64,000 nucleotides of DNA from Collinsella aerofaciens. GTDB taxonomy: Bacteria > Actinomycetota > Coriobacteriia > Coriobacteriales > Coriobacteriaceae. How positions within the stretch are numbered: position 1 is the first letter of the stretch; every line of letters begins with the position of its first letter. Both the position numbers and the translations under genes were made by a program. The stretch covers positions 60,463 through 124,462 of the forward strand of contig RQCP01000013.1 of the NCBI GenBank assembly GCA_008668235.1, given 5' to 3'. Shown here piece by piece: positions 1-10,684 of this stretch. A model generated the notes under the pieces. That model had not been told where the DNA came from. It did not search any database and worked only from the letters and a program-made list of their open reading frames with translations.

Positions 1-362
1 CCGACGAGTCCATGGGTGGCCGCTATCGCCGCGTCGCCGCCAACGAGGACGGCCTGATGGTTTGGGGCAAGAGCGGCAAGTCACAGTTCTTCCCGTTTGA
101 AAAGCTCGACCACGTGCTCGACGGCGAGCGCATCTTTGTGGCCATGTTCGCCGACCAGGGCGTGACGATCCCCAAGGACACCTTCGTCCGTGGCGATGCC
201 GAGCAGTTCGGCCCCTTCCTCAAGGCCCGCATCAACAAAAAACTCCGCATCGAGACCAAGAAGAAGAAAATGAAGGCAGAAAAGGCCGCTGCCGAAGCCA
301 AACAGGGCGACAAGCCCCAGGAGACCAAGCGCAAGCAGAAGAAGAACAAGAAAAAGCGCTAA
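1..362 (+). CDS. 3' part of hypothetical protein (YcxB-like C-terminal region, Lys-rich tail), truncated by window edge
   Basis: Open frame to TAA at 360-362; 'VTIPKDTF' segment resembles YcxB-like domains. Confidence 0.55.
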   Translation, partial: DESMGGRYRRVAANEDGLMVWGKSGKSQFFPFEKLDHVLDGERIFVAMFADQGVTIPKDTFVRGDAEQFGPFLKARINKKLRIETKKKKMKAEKAAAEAKQGDKPQETKRKQKKNKKKR

Positions 363-500
363 GGCCAAGCCAGGCAGGCAGCCTCGCATCCCGCTATCCT
401 CCCCATGCACCCGAGCGTGCTACACTAGCAGCATCTATGCCACCGCGAACGGCTCGGCCCCGCGCCCGCCGCTCGCAAACGAACTTTAAACGCACGAGGG

Positions 501-2360
501 TTGGCCATGCCGCTTTTCTCGCAACATACCGCCCGGTTCTCGCCGGACGTTCCCTTGGAGGGCACTAGCTCTCGCGAGCTGCTCAAGCGGTACCAGCCGC
601 TCGAGACGCTTGCGACCGGCGGTTTTGGCTCCATCGAGATTTGCCGCGACACGCACCTGCGCCGTCGCGTCGCCATTAAGCGCATCCCCCTTATCAACGG
701 TGCCGGCATGCCCGCCAGCGACATCATGGATGTCCTGCGCGAGGCGCACACCGCCGCCATGCTTCAACATCCCAATATCGTGCAGGTCATCGACTTTACG
801 CACGACACAGCCTATGCCTACCTGGTTATGGAATATGTCGATGGCATGTCGTTGGCCGAGTTTTTGCATCGCGTGGACGGCCACTCGCTCACCTTTGACG
901 AGGCCGCGGCCATTGCCGACGCGCTGGGTCAGGCACTCACCTTTGCCCATGCAAACGGCGTGCTTCATCTGGACATAAAGCCCGCCAATGTGCTTATCGA
1001 CCATTCGGGCAATGTAAGGCTCACCGACTTTGGCATGGCGCGGCTGTCGTCTGCCGGCGGCTTTGGCGGCTCGCGCGGCGGCACCATCGGCTACATGCCG
1101 CCCGAGCAGCTCGATATCGAGACCGGCACGGTCGACGAACGCGCCGATGTCTTTGCCCTCGCCTGCGTTATCTATGAGGGCTTGTGCGGCAGCGCTCCCT
1201 TTATGGCGGCCACGCCCGCCGACTCGCTCGACCGCATCATCGGCGGCGCCACCTATCCCAGCGAGCTGATACCACACTTTCCCCCGGGAGCCGAGGCCGC
1301 GCTCATGAGCGCGCTCTCCCCCATGCCGCAGGACCGCCCCAACAGCATCGAGGCATTTTGCGACCAGCTCCTTGCCGGTCTGGGCAGCGTGCGCGAAGGC
1401 CGTCGCAGCCTGGAGCAAATGGTTGGCGAGCTTTCGGATGACGAGCAGGAGCTCGACGATATCGAGCCGTCGCACTACGAGGACGATGCCATCGAGGTCG
1501 ACCCCGCACTCGGCTGGGCGGGCACGCGCTGGAGCCATGCGCGCGACTACACCATGCGCGCTATCTCGGCGCTAGCGTGCGGCACCTTTAGCTTTTTGCT
1601 GATGCAAACGGCCGGGGTCGCGGCGCTTCCCGGCCTGGTCATTGCGGCTATCGCGATCGGAGCGGCGGCTGGCCTGGCCCCCCAGATCGGCTCGGCCATC
1701 TCGGCTGTGGGCTTTTTGGTGCTCATGGCCAACGCCACCATGCAGGCGCAGGGCATCCTGTCGATGTTGCCGGTCGCGGTGATCTTTGCCGCTGCCATGT
1801 CCGGTTGGTGGATCGCCTGGGGTCGCACCGAGGCTGCCGCGAGCGCCGCGCTCACCTGTGCACTCGCGCTTGGCTGTCTGACCGGCAATACCTTCCTGGC
1901 AGCTGGGGTCGCCGCCGGCGTCGCGTCATTTTGGCTCGGCCCGACAAGCGCCGCTGCGGCAACGGGCATGGGCGCGCTTTTTGCCCGTCTGGCCACGGTC
2001 GCGCTTTCAGCCGGAGGCGTGCTGGGGCTCGGTAACGTTGCCGCAGCGCTGGGAGACCCGCTCCTTTGGGCTGCCTTTGTGCTGGTCGCGGCAACTGCCG
2101 CAGCGTCATCCGCGCTGCTCAATGCCCATGCCAAGCGTGCCAATCAGGGCTCAAACCTTGCCGCAATCGCCGCCATCGCTGTCACCGGCATCGGCTGCGC
2201 AGCGGCGTCCTGTCTTGCACACCATATGGAAATTGCCAGCCTTGCAGCCGCGGTCATCGCCAAGGCGGCGGTTGCGGGAATCCTATCCTCTATAATCGTT
2301 GGGATATGCCTATATTTGCTCGGATACCAAAGAACCTATACGGAGAGTGATCTTTCGTGA
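501..2360 (+). CDS. Hanks-type Ser/Thr protein kinase with multi-pass membrane C-terminal region
   Basis: LATGGFGSI, VAIK, HLDIKPAN, DFG, GTIGYMPPE motifs; long hydrophobic C-terminal half; start may be ATG 507. Confidence 0.92.
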   Translation: MAMPLFSQHTARFSPDVPLEGTSSRELLKRYQPLETLATGGFGSIEICRDTHLRRRVAIKRIPLINGAGMPASDIMDVLREAHTAAMLQHPNIVQVIDFTHDTAYAYLVMEYVDGMSLAEFLHRVDGHSLTFDEAAAIADALGQALTFAHANGVLHLDIKPANVLIDHSGNVRLTDFGMARLSSAGGFGGSRGGTIGYMPPEQLDIETGTVDERADVFALACVIYEGLCGSAPFMAATPADSLDRIIGGATYPSELIPHFPPGAEAALMSALSPMPQDRPNSIEAFCDQLLAGLGSVREGRRSLEQMVGELSDDEQELDDIEPSHYEDDAIEVDPALGWAGTRWSHARDYTMRAISALACGTFSFLLMQTAGVAALPGLVIAAIAIGAAAGLAPQIGSAISAVGFLVLMANATMQAQGILSMLPVAVIFAAAMSGWWIAWGRTEAAASAALTCALALGCLTGNTFLAAGVAAGVASFWLGPTSAAAATGMGALFARLATVALSAGGVLGLGNVAAALGDPLLWAAFVLVAATAAASSALLNAHAKRANQGSNLAAIAAIAVTGIGCAAASCLAHHMEIASLAAAVIAKAAVAGILSSIIVGICLYLLGYQRTYTESDLS

Positions 2361-3367
2361 ACTTCCTGAACATCTTCGAGGACCACGTGGCCGGCATCTT
2401 CGGTGCCACCCGTGCCCCGTTCTCCTTTAAGAAGCTTGCCAAGCAGGCCGCTCGCGACATGGAGGATCAGACTCTGGTGATTAACGGCGTCAACACGGCG
2501 CCGGCACTCTATACCATCCTTATCGCCGCCGACGACGATCCCATGCTCGCCCCGTTCTACCCCGAGCTTTCGCGCGAGGTCCGCGAGTTCGTGAAGGCGC
2601 AGGCCGAAAAGCGCCGCTATGTCTTTGTCGGCGAGCCCCTCGTGCGCTTTATGATCGATCCGCAGCTGCGCGCCGGCAAGTTCTCGGTCTTTGCCGAGAA
2701 CGTCGATGCCCCCACGCTCGGCCGCCTGTACGAAGAAGAGCGCGCCTATCAAAACGGCCTGGGCCAGAACAACTCCGCGGCAAGCCGTGCCGCCAGCGCC
2801 CCGCGCGCCGGCCAGCAGCAGTTTGCTGCCCCGCAGCAGCAGCGCCCCGCCGCCATGCCCCAGCAACAGCCGACGCCTCGCGCCGCCGCTCCCGACCCGC
2901 TTGCCGTGGCAGACCCCTTCGCGCCTAGCGTCCCCGACCCCGCCGCTCCTATCCCGGTGCCGCAGACCGTCTCGCGCGACGCGCTTGCCGGCATGGGCGG
3001 AGCCGCCGCGACCGGTGCCGCCGTGGGCCTAGGCGCTGCAGCCGGCATCGCCTCCAACATGGCGAGCACTCGCGCCCCGCAGCGCCCGCTCGCCCAGCTC
3101 GTCGACGTCGTGAGCGGCGAGAGCCATAGCATCACCTCCGCACAGGTGACCATCGGTCGCGAGCGCTCAGTTTCCGACATTGCCCTGCGCGACCCCAACG
3201 TGTCGCGCCGCCACGCCCAGCTCACCTTTACGGGCTCGGATTGGTCGATCGAGGACCTCAATTCCACCAACGGCACGCTCGTCAACAACCGCCGCATTAC
3301 GCGCTGCCCGCTGCGCAACGGCGATCTGCTGACGTTTGGCCTGAGTACCTTTGAATTTAGGGGATAG
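2357..3367 (+). CDS. fhaA: FhaA-like protein (DUF3662-type N-terminus, P/A/Q linker, C-terminal FHA domain)
   Basis: FHA motifs IGR..VSRRHA..DLNSTNGT; position in kinase/phosphatase cluster. Confidence 0.85.
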   Translation: MNFLNIFEDHVAGIFGATRAPFSFKKLAKQAARDMEDQTLVINGVNTAPALYTILIAADDDPMLAPFYPELSREVREFVKAQAEKRRYVFVGEPLVRFMIDPQLRAGKFSVFAENVDAPTLGRLYEEERAYQNGLGQNNSAASRAASAPRAGQQQFAAPQQQRPAAMPQQQPTPRAAAPDPLAVADPFAPSVPDPAAPIPVPQTVSRDALAGMGGAAATGAAVGLGAAAGIASNMASTRAPQRPLAQLVDVVSGESHSITSAQVTIGRERSVSDIALRDPNVSRRHAQLTFTGSDWSIEDLNSTNGTLVNNRRITRCPLRNGDLLTFGLSTFEFRG

Positions 3368-3373
3368 TCGCTT

Positions 3374-3790
3374 ATGAACATCGATATCGTCCTTTTTGCA
3401 GGCCGCATCGTCCTGGTCGCCCTGCTCTATATCTTCTTGTTCGCCGTCATGAAGACCGGCGTGGGACTTGTGCGCGGGCAGCGCCGCGACTCGGCTATCT
3501 GGACGATTGATGTGGACAAGGGTCCGCGCGGTATCCGCGGCATCCACGTAGACATGCTCGGCCCCGTCATCGTCGGTCGCTCGCCATCTTCGGACATCTG
3601 CATCAACGAACCGTTCGTCTCGGCCTCGCATGCGCGCTTTTCGCTGCAGGGCCCGGCGCTCATCATCGAGGACCTCAACTCACTTAACGGCACGCTCGTC
3701 AACGGCCGCCAGCTCGTGGAGCCCGCGACGCTGCGTGAGGGCGACGAAGTCCAGATTGGCGACGTGGTCATGAAGGTGAACCGTCGATGA
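3374..3790 (+). CDS. fhaB: FhaB-like membrane-anchored FHA domain protein
   Basis: N-terminal TM helix; VGRS..VSASHA..DLNSLNGT. Confidence 0.85.
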   Translation: MNIDIVLFAGRIVLVALLYIFLFAVMKTGVGLVRGQRRDSAIWTIDVDKGPRGIRGIHVDMLGPVIVGRSPSSDICINEPFVSASHARFSLQGPALIIEDLNSLNGTLVNGRQLVEPATLREGDEVQIGDVVMKVNRR

Positions 3791-5586
3791 TCGACGAGGA
3801 GAACAAGTCCGCAACCATGACCGAGGCACCGGCTGCCGCCGCAGCTGCACCGGCCCACGCCACTCCGGCGGACTCCACACCCGTGGAGCCCGAGGACACC
3901 GTGTTCTCCCTGCCTCTTTCGCATGTAACGCATGATATTTCGGATCTCGCCGATAACGAGGACGAAGAGGATGCCGTAGCGGCGCCCATCGGCGCACATG
4001 CTGCGGAACAGCCCACAGCGCCCGAAGCAACCCCGGCGCCGGCTCACTTTGCAGAGCCCGTCGCCGCGGCAATCAACGAGAGCGCTGCGGTGTTTGCGGC
4101 ACCCGAGCCCGCCGCGCCGGCGTTTCCCATAGCCCCGGCATCCGAGGTTGCGCCCGCGTCTACGCCGGCGCCCGAGCCTATAGACGTCAGCCCGCAAGAC
4201 GACGAGTCGACCGCCCGCGTTTCCGAGGAGCCCGACTCCCCGGACACCGGCGATTCCGAATCAAACGCCGAGACAGACACCGTCTCTCCCGGTGACACCG
4301 CCGAGATCGATGTTGCCGCCGTTGAGGCCAAACTCAAAGACCCCGGCTCGACCATGAGCTTTGAGCCCCTGACCGAGGAACGCATCGAGACCGACTCGAC
4401 CTATGATGCCGGCACCACCACGCAACTCATGTGGGGCGCCCGCTCCGACGTTGGCTGCGTGCGCCCGCACAATGAGGATTCCTACCTAGTGCAGTCGCCG
4501 CTCTTTTGCGTATGCGACGGCATGGGCGGTCACGCCGCCGGCGAGGTAGCCTCTTCCATCGCCGTCGAGACTATTGCCAAGACGGCCCCGCAGTCCGCCG
4601 ACGCAGCGCGCCTGGCCGCAGCCGTCGAGGCAGCCAACGCCGCCGTAATCGAGGCGGCCCTGAACGGCCTGGGCAAGCCCGGCATGGGCTGCACAGCCAC
4701 CTGCGCCTATATCGAAAACGACACGCTCGCCATCGCCCACGTGGGCGACTCTCGCGCCTACCTGCTCCACGAGGGCACGCTCATCCGCGTGACCCGCGAC
4801 CACTCCTACGTGGAGGAGCTCGTGGACGCTGGCGAGATCACGGCAGACGAGGCTCGCGTCCACCCCAACCGTTCGGTCATCACCCGCGCACTGGGCTCGG
4901 ACCCCGCCATGTATGCCGACCACTTCACTCTGCATATCGAGGAAGGCGACCGTCTGATCCTGTGCTCCGACGGCCTCTCGAGCATGATTCCCGATAGCGA
5001 TATCGAGAACATCGCCACGCAGTCCTCAACCGCGCAAATCTGCGTCGACAACCTAGTGGACGCGGCGCTTGCCGCCGGCGGCCACGACAACGTGACCGTA
5101 GTAGTCGTTGACCTGGTTGACGATGGCGTTATGCGCGAGGCGCAACGCGTGCGTCGCCGCAACATTACTATCGCCGCCATCCTGGCCCTCGTCTTTGTGC
5201 TGGCAGCTGGCATCTGGGCCTACACGGGTGTCACCGGCTCATACTACCTGGGTACCTACCAGGGCAATGTCGCCGTCTGGCGCGGCCTGCCCGGCAAGCC
5301 GCTCGGACTCAAGCTCCACTGGCTCGAGAGCGAAACCAGCATTAAGCTGTCCGACCTGCCCGAAGACACGCAAAACCGCCTCAAGGCGGGCATTCCGCAA
5401 ACAAGTGTCGACGATGCGCAGGACACGATATCCAAGTACCGCCACCAGATCGACGAGGAGCAGACCCGCCAGGTGATCGACGCGCAAACGATTCGCGACA
5501 ACACCAATCAGGGATCGACCTCCGAATCAGATTCCGAGAAAACCGCCGAACAGTCCGCCGAGGCCGAAGCCTCCGATAAGAATTAG
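3787..5586 (+). CDS. pstP: PP2C/PPM-family Ser/Thr phosphatase (PstP/Stp1-like) with acidic N-terminal extension and TM helix
   Basis: RPHNED, CDGMGGHAAGEVAS, HVGDSRAY, LCSDGL, GGHDNVT motifs. Confidence 0.92.
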   Translation: MIDEENKSATMTEAPAAAAAAPAHATPADSTPVEPEDTVFSLPLSHVTHDISDLADNEDEEDAVAAPIGAHAAEQPTAPEATPAPAHFAEPVAAAINESAAVFAAPEPAAPAFPIAPASEVAPASTPAPEPIDVSPQDDESTARVSEEPDSPDTGDSESNAETDTVSPGDTAEIDVAAVEAKLKDPGSTMSFEPLTEERIETDSTYDAGTTTQLMWGARSDVGCVRPHNEDSYLVQSPLFCVCDGMGGHAAGEVASSIAVETIAKTAPQSADAARLAAAVEAANAAVIEAALNGLGKPGMGCTATCAYIENDTLAIAHVGDSRAYLLHEGTLIRVTRDHSYVEELVDAGEITADEARVHPNRSVITRALGSDPAMYADHFTLHIEEGDRLILCSDGLSSMIPDSDIENIATQSSTAQICVDNLVDAALAAGGHDNVTVVVVDLVDDGVMREAQRVRRRNITIAAILALVFVLAAGIWAYTGVTGSYYLGTYQGNVAVWRGLPGKPLGLKLHWLESETSIKLSDLPEDTQNRLKAGIPQTSVDDAQDTISKYRHQIDEEQTRQVIDAQTIRDNTNQGSTSESDSEKTAEQSAEAEASDKN

Positions 5587-5602
5587 AAAGGGAGTGCCGC
5601 TT

Positions 5603-8473
5603 ATGAGTCGCCGCAACACCGAGCTGCTCTTGCTCATCGCCTCGGCGTTCCCCGTCATCCTGCTGTATGCGATGTACGTGCTCACTGCGGGCGCCGCTAT
5701 CTCCTTTGAGACGCTCGCCGTACCGATCGGCCTCTTTGCCGCCTTTGCCGCGGCCCACATTGCCGTGCGCATCTTGGCGCCCGGTGCCGACCCCGCCATC
5801 CTGCCCATCGTATTTATACTTTCGGGCATCGGCATCACGTTCGTGACGCGTCTCGCCCCCGCTCTCGCCATCTCACAGCTCATCATCCTGTTTGTCTCGG
5901 TGGCGCTCATGGTGGGAACGCTTGCACTAGTCAAAAACCTCGACGTGGTCATGCGCTACAAGTACACCTTTGGCATCATCGGCATCATTCTGCTGATGCT
6001 GCCTATCTTTATCGGCACCACGATCTCGGGCTCCAAGCTGTGGATTCGCATCGCGGGCTTTACCATCCAGCCTGGCGAGTTCGCCAAGGTCTTTATCGTC
6101 CTGTTCCTGGCCGGCTACTTGGCCGAGAACCGCGAGTTGCTCTCCATCTCCAACCGCAAGATCCTGGGCTTTAAGATCCCTCGCCTGCGACTGCTGCTGC
6201 CGCTGTTTGCCGTGTGGGGTGTGTGCCTGCTCGTCGTCGTCTTCGAACGCGACCTGGGTTCGGCCGTGCTGTTCTACACCATCTTCTTGCTGATGCTCTA
6301 CGTTGCCACGGGGCGCTTTTCGTATGTCGTTATCGGCCTTGCGCTCTTAGCTGTCGGAGCCGTGGGCGCCTACAAGTTCCTATCGCACGTTCAGGTGCGT
6401 TTCCAGGTTTGGGTCGATCCGTTTAAGGACGCCCAGGGCCAGGGCTACCAGATCGTCCAGTCGCTCTTCTCGCTTGCCGATGGCGGTCTGGTCGGTGTTG
6501 GCATCGGCAACGGCATGGCCAACAACATCCCTGTCGTCGAGTCCGACTTTATCTTCTCGGCTATCGGCGAGGAGATGGGCCTTTTGGGCGGCGGCGCCGT
6601 GCTCATCCTGTTTATGCTCTTTGCCGTGCGTGGCCTCACCACGGCTGCCCGCGCTAAATCCGACCTCGCCGCCTTTAGCGCCACGGGCCTTACGGCCGCC
6701 ATCAGCTTCCAGGCCTTCTTGATCGTTGGCGGCGTAACCCGCCTGATCCCGCTGACCGGCGTCACCCTGCCCTTTATGAGCCAGGGCGGCTCCTCTCTGC
6801 TGGCGAGCTTCATCATCGTCGCGCTCCTGCTGCGCGCCGGTGACGAGGCGACCGGACGCGAGGCCGAGCTTACCGGCACCGGCACCATGGCCGCCATCAC
6901 CGATGATCAGGTCGCATCTGCCGCCGCCCCGACGGGCACGCGCTTTGCCACCTCGTCTTCCTACGGCAGCGGTAGCCATTCCGTCGGCTCGCGCATGCGC
7001 CGTCGCCTGCTCGACACGCCTGAATCCGGTGTGCTCGGCCGCGTTGCGCTCGCCAACCGTCTAACCCGTGCGGTGCTCGCCTTTACGGCGCTGTTCGCCA
7101 TCCTTATCGGCAACCTCACCTATGTCCAGGTCATTAAGGCCAAGGACTATCAGGACATGCCGACCAACAACCACACCATCGCCCGCTCCAAGTACATCCA
7201 GCGCGGCTCCATCATCACGTCCGACGGCGTGACGCTGGCCGAGTCGCTGCAGCAGGAGGACGGCACCTACGTACGCTCCTACCCCAACGGTAACCTGGCA
7301 GCGCACGTGGTTGGCTACGTGAGCCAGCAGTATGGCACCACCGCCATCGAGAGCGTCATGAACGATACGCTCACCGGTTCTAAGGACTACTCCAGCTGGA
7401 ACAACGCCATCGCGTCGCTCGCGGGCCAGACCCAGCCGGGCAACACCGCCAAGCTCACCATCGACTCGCGCATCCAGACGGCGGCCGAGCAGGCACTCAA
7501 GGGCTTTAAGGGCGCTGTAGTGGTCATCGACCCGCGTACCGGCGCGGTGCTCGCATGTGCCAGCTCGCCCACCTACGACAACACCAACATCGATGCCCTG
7601 CTGCAGACGGGCGGCGGCGAGGACGGCTCCATGTACAATCGCGCCATGGACGCGCTGTACACGCCGGGCTCAACGTTTAAGGTCGTTACGCTTTCCGCGG
7701 CACTCGAGACCGGTACCGCCAGCCTTACCAGCACCTACCAGGCGCCCGGCTCCATGGACATCGGCAACGCACCGGTCACCAACTATGCCAACGAGAGCTA
7801 CGGCACCATCAGCCTGCAGCAGGCCTTTGCCGTGTCCTCCAACGTCGTCTTTGGCCAGGTGGCAAACGAAGTTGGCGCAAACACGCTCGTGCAGTTTGCC
7901 AACGCCTTTGGCTACGGCCAAAAGCTCGGCCAGGACCTGACCTCCGCGGCCTCCATCATGGCCGACCCGTCGCTCATGACCGAGTGGGAGACCGCCTGGG
8001 CCGGCGCCGGCCAGCCTGTCGGCATGGACCACACGCCCGGCCCGCAGACCACCGTCATGCAAAACGCCGTGATTGCCGCCGCCATCGCTAACAGCGGCGT
8101 GGTCATGGACCCGTACTTTGTAGCCCAGGTACTCGCCCCGGACGGAACCGTGGTCAAGACCACGCAGTCCCGCTCGCTGGGTCAGGCCGTCAGCTCCGCC
8201 ACGGCCGACCAGGTCAAGCAGGCCATGCTTGCCGTCGTCCAGTCCGGCACCGGCACCGATGCCCAAATCCCCGGCGTCAAGGTTGCCGGCAAGACCGGCT
8301 CGGCCGAGACTGGCGGCACCAACGTCAACTCGATGTTCGTTGGCTTTGCACCTTACGATTCACCCACGGTCGCCATCTCGGTGGCCTTGGAGGATTTCGA
8401 CAAGCATGACGTCAAGGCCGTCAAGATCGCCGGCATCGTCCTGACCGCGGCGCTTGCCGCACAGGGAGCGTGA
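5603..8473 (+). CDS. Fused SEDS glycosyltransferase (RodA/FtsW) + class B penicillin-binding transpeptidase (PbpA-like)
   Basis: SEDS motifs IQPGEFAK, ESDFIFS..GEEMG, PLTGVTLPFMSQGGSS; PBP motifs STFK, SSN, KTG in one frame. Confidence 0.92.
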   Translation: MSRRNTELLLLIASAFPVILLYAMYVLTAGAAISFETLAVPIGLFAAFAAAHIAVRILAPGADPAILPIVFILSGIGITFVTRLAPALAISQLIILFVSVALMVGTLALVKNLDVVMRYKYTFGIIGIILLMLPIFIGTTISGSKLWIRIAGFTIQPGEFAKVFIVLFLAGYLAENRELLSISNRKILGFKIPRLRLLLPLFAVWGVCLLVVVFERDLGSAVLFYTIFLLMLYVATGRFSYVVIGLALLAVGAVGAYKFLSHVQVRFQVWVDPFKDAQGQGYQIVQSLFSLADGGLVGVGIGNGMANNIPVVESDFIFSAIGEEMGLLGGGAVLILFMLFAVRGLTTAARAKSDLAAFSATGLTAAISFQAFLIVGGVTRLIPLTGVTLPFMSQGGSSLLASFIIVALLLRAGDEATGREAELTGTGTMAAITDDQVASAAAPTGTRFATSSSYGSGSHSVGSRMRRRLLDTPESGVLGRVALANRLTRAVLAFTALFAILIGNLTYVQVIKAKDYQDMPTNNHTIARSKYIQRGSIITSDGVTLAESLQQEDGTYVRSYPNGNLAAHVVGYVSQQYGTTAIESVMNDTLTGSKDYSSWNNAIASLAGQTQPGNTAKLTIDSRIQTAAEQALKGFKGAVVVIDPRTGAVLACASSPTYDNTNIDALLQTGGGEDGSMYNRAMDALYTPGSTFKVVTLSAALETGTASLTSTYQAPGSMDIGNAPVTNYANESYGTISLQQAFAVSSNVVFGQVANEVGANTLVQFANAFGYGQKLGQDLTSAASIMADPSLMTEWETAWAGAGQPVGMDHTPGPQTTVMQNAVIAAAIANSGVVMDPYFVAQVLAPDGTVVKTTQSRSLGQAVSSATADQVKQAMLAVVQSGTGTDAQIPGVKVAGKTGSAETGGTNVNSMFVGFAPYDSPTVAISVALEDFDKHDVKAVKIAGIVLTAALAAQGA

Positions 8474-8605
8474 TGCCCATGATCGAATCGGACACCCGAG
8501 GCGCGCCGCGGCCGAAGAGTTAGCGGCAACGCGCCACACGGCCCCAGCGGCCACATCGTAGGTACTACACACATCGTTGAGCGAATAGTTATGTTAGGAG
8601 CAGGA

Positions 8606-10567
8606 ATGGAACAGAGGGTCCTCGGGGGAAGATACCTCCTCAAGGATAAGGTGGGGACAGGCGGCATGGCGACCGTCTACCGTGCACAGGACCAGGTCCT
8701 CGACCGCACGGTAGCCGTCAAGATCATGCTGCCGCAGTATGCTGGCGACGCAACCTTCGCCGCACGCTTTAAGCAGGAGGCCCAGGCAGCAGCCGGTCTC
8801 TCCTCCCCTTATATCGTGGGCGTCTACGATTGGGGCAAGGACGGCGACACCTATTACATCGTCATGGAGTATCTGCGCGGTACCGACCTTAAGAGCGGCA
8901 TCAAGAGCCACGGTGCCCTCGACCCCAAGAAGGTCGCTCAGATCGGCTCGCAGATCAGCTCCGCGCTTTCGGTCGCCCACAAGCACGAGATCATCCACCG
9001 CGACATTAAGCCGCAGAACATCATGGTGCTGCCCGACGGCAACATCAAGGTGATGGACTTTGGCATCGCGCGCGCCAAGAACAGCCACCTCACGCAAGAC
9101 AACAACGTGCTGGGAACCGCCCACTACGTCAGCCCCGAGCAGACCCGTGGTCAGGACCTCGGCCCCACCTCGGATATCTACTCGCTGGGCGTCGTGATGT
9201 ATGAATGCGCCACCGGCCGCGTGCCCTTTGACGGTGACGACGCTATCTCGGTCGCACTCAAGCAGGTCAACGAGCTGCCTATTCCGCCGAGCCAGATCAA
9301 CTCCGGTGTCGACGCCGACCTTGAGCGCATCATCCTCAAGTGCATGGAGAAGGACCCGGCAAACCGCTTCCAGACCGCCGACGAGCTGCGTCAGGTGCTC
9401 AACAGCTACCTGTCGGGCCGTGCCGTCAACGTCTCGGAGCCCACGCGCATCATCGGTGCCCCCGGCGAGCTGGGCGCCACCAAGACTCGCGAGCTGTCTG
9501 ACTCCACGCGCGCTATGGTTCGCCCCGTATCGGGCGTAAGCGGACAGACCAACCCCCGCAGCGCCGTCTCGGGTTCCACCGGTTCCTACGAGGTCGATCA
9601 GCCCAAGTCCAACAAGAACAAGATTATCGCCGCCGTAGTCGCCGCAATCGCCGTGGTTGGCGTTGTGGTGGCCTTCGCCACCGGGCTCTTTGGGGGCGAG
9701 CAGGTTACGGTGCCCGATGTGCTTAACAAGGACCAGCAGACCGCTATCGAGCTGATCAAGGAGGCCGGCCTTGAGGTCGGAACTGTCGACCAGAGCTATA
9801 ACGACGATGTCGACGAGGGCAAGGTTGCCGAGCAGACCCCCAACGGCAACACTAAGAAGCCCAAGGGCTCCAAGGTGAACCTGGTGATCTCCAAGGGCCC
9901 CAAGCCCTCCGAGAAAGTTGAGGTTCCGCAGCTCGTCGGCCTAACCAAGGACCAGGCCGAGGCCGCGCTGGCAAGCGTGGGCCTGAAGGGCAACGCAACC
10001 GAGGAGGCCAACGAGGCCGACGAAGGCCAGGTCTTTGAGCAGGGCACTGATGCCGGCAAGGAAGTCGAGAAGGGCACGACCATCTCGTATAAGGTCTCCA
10101 GCGGTCCTGACACCACCTCCGTCCCCGATCTGACCGACATGACCGAGGCCCAGGCACGCAACGCTCTCGACATGGCTGGCTTTGGCGTCGACGTGAGCTA
10201 CCAGGAAAACGACTCGGTTACCGAGGGCACCGTAATTAGCTGGAACCCTAGCGGCAAGCAGAAGCCCGGTGCCACGATCACCGTCGTCATCGCCAAGAAG
10301 TCCGGCAAGGCCAGCGTCCCGGGTAACCTGTACGGCAAGAGCATCTCCGCCGCCGTCACCGCGCTCAACAACGCCGGTTTCTACAACATCGCATTCTGCG
10401 ATCAGAACGGCAACCCCGTGAGCGGCAACGAAAACGCCACCGTTACGGGCGTCTCCCCCACCGGCAAGCAGTCCACCGACAGCACGATCACGCTGACGGT
10501 CGCACTTTCTGGTTCGGGCTCGGGCTCGGGCACGAGCACGGGCGACGATTCCGGTACGACCAACTAG
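8606..10567 (+). CDS. pknB: PASTA-domain Ser/Thr kinase PknB/Stk1
   Basis: GTGGMATVY, HRDIKPQN, DFGIA, GTAHYVSPEQ; TM; repeated VPDV/VPQL/VPDL PASTA units; AGGAG before ATG 8606. Confidence 0.95.
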   Translation: MEQRVLGGRYLLKDKVGTGGMATVYRAQDQVLDRTVAVKIMLPQYAGDATFAARFKQEAQAAAGLSSPYIVGVYDWGKDGDTYYIVMEYLRGTDLKSGIKSHGALDPKKVAQIGSQISSALSVAHKHEIIHRDIKPQNIMVLPDGNIKVMDFGIARAKNSHLTQDNNVLGTAHYVSPEQTRGQDLGPTSDIYSLGVVMYECATGRVPFDGDDAISVALKQVNELPIPPSQINSGVDADLERIILKCMEKDPANRFQTADELRQVLNSYLSGRAVNVSEPTRIIGAPGELGATKTRELSDSTRAMVRPVSGVSGQTNPRSAVSGSTGSYEVDQPKSNKNKIIAAVVAAIAVVGVVVAFATGLFGGEQVTVPDVLNKDQQTAIELIKEAGLEVGTVDQSYNDDVDEGKVAEQTPNGNTKKPKGSKVNLVISKGPKPSEKVEVPQLVGLTKDQAEAALASVGLKGNATEEANEADEGQVFEQGTDAGKEVEKGTTISYKVSSGPDTTSVPDLTDMTEAQARNALDMAGFGVDVSYQENDSVTEGTVISWNPSGKQKPGATITVVIAKKSGKASVPGNLYGKSISAAVTALNNAGFYNIAFCDQNGNPVSGNENATVTGVSPTGKQSTDSTITLTVALSGSGSGSGTSTGDDSGTTN

Positions 10568-10619
10568 TCGCCACCCCACCGCTCATCGCGGCTTTCGCCG
10601 CAAACATATTCGCTCACAG

Positions 10620-10657
10620 GCGCCCGCTTGCTCCCCCAGCAAGCGGGCGCTTTCTTT
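10620..10657 (+). terminator. Intrinsic terminator after pknB
   Basis: 13-bp stem gcgcccgcttgct/agcaagcgggcgc followed by tttcttt. Confidence 0.8.
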
Positions 10658-10684
10658 ATCTGAAGCAGCGAATACTACGGCATG

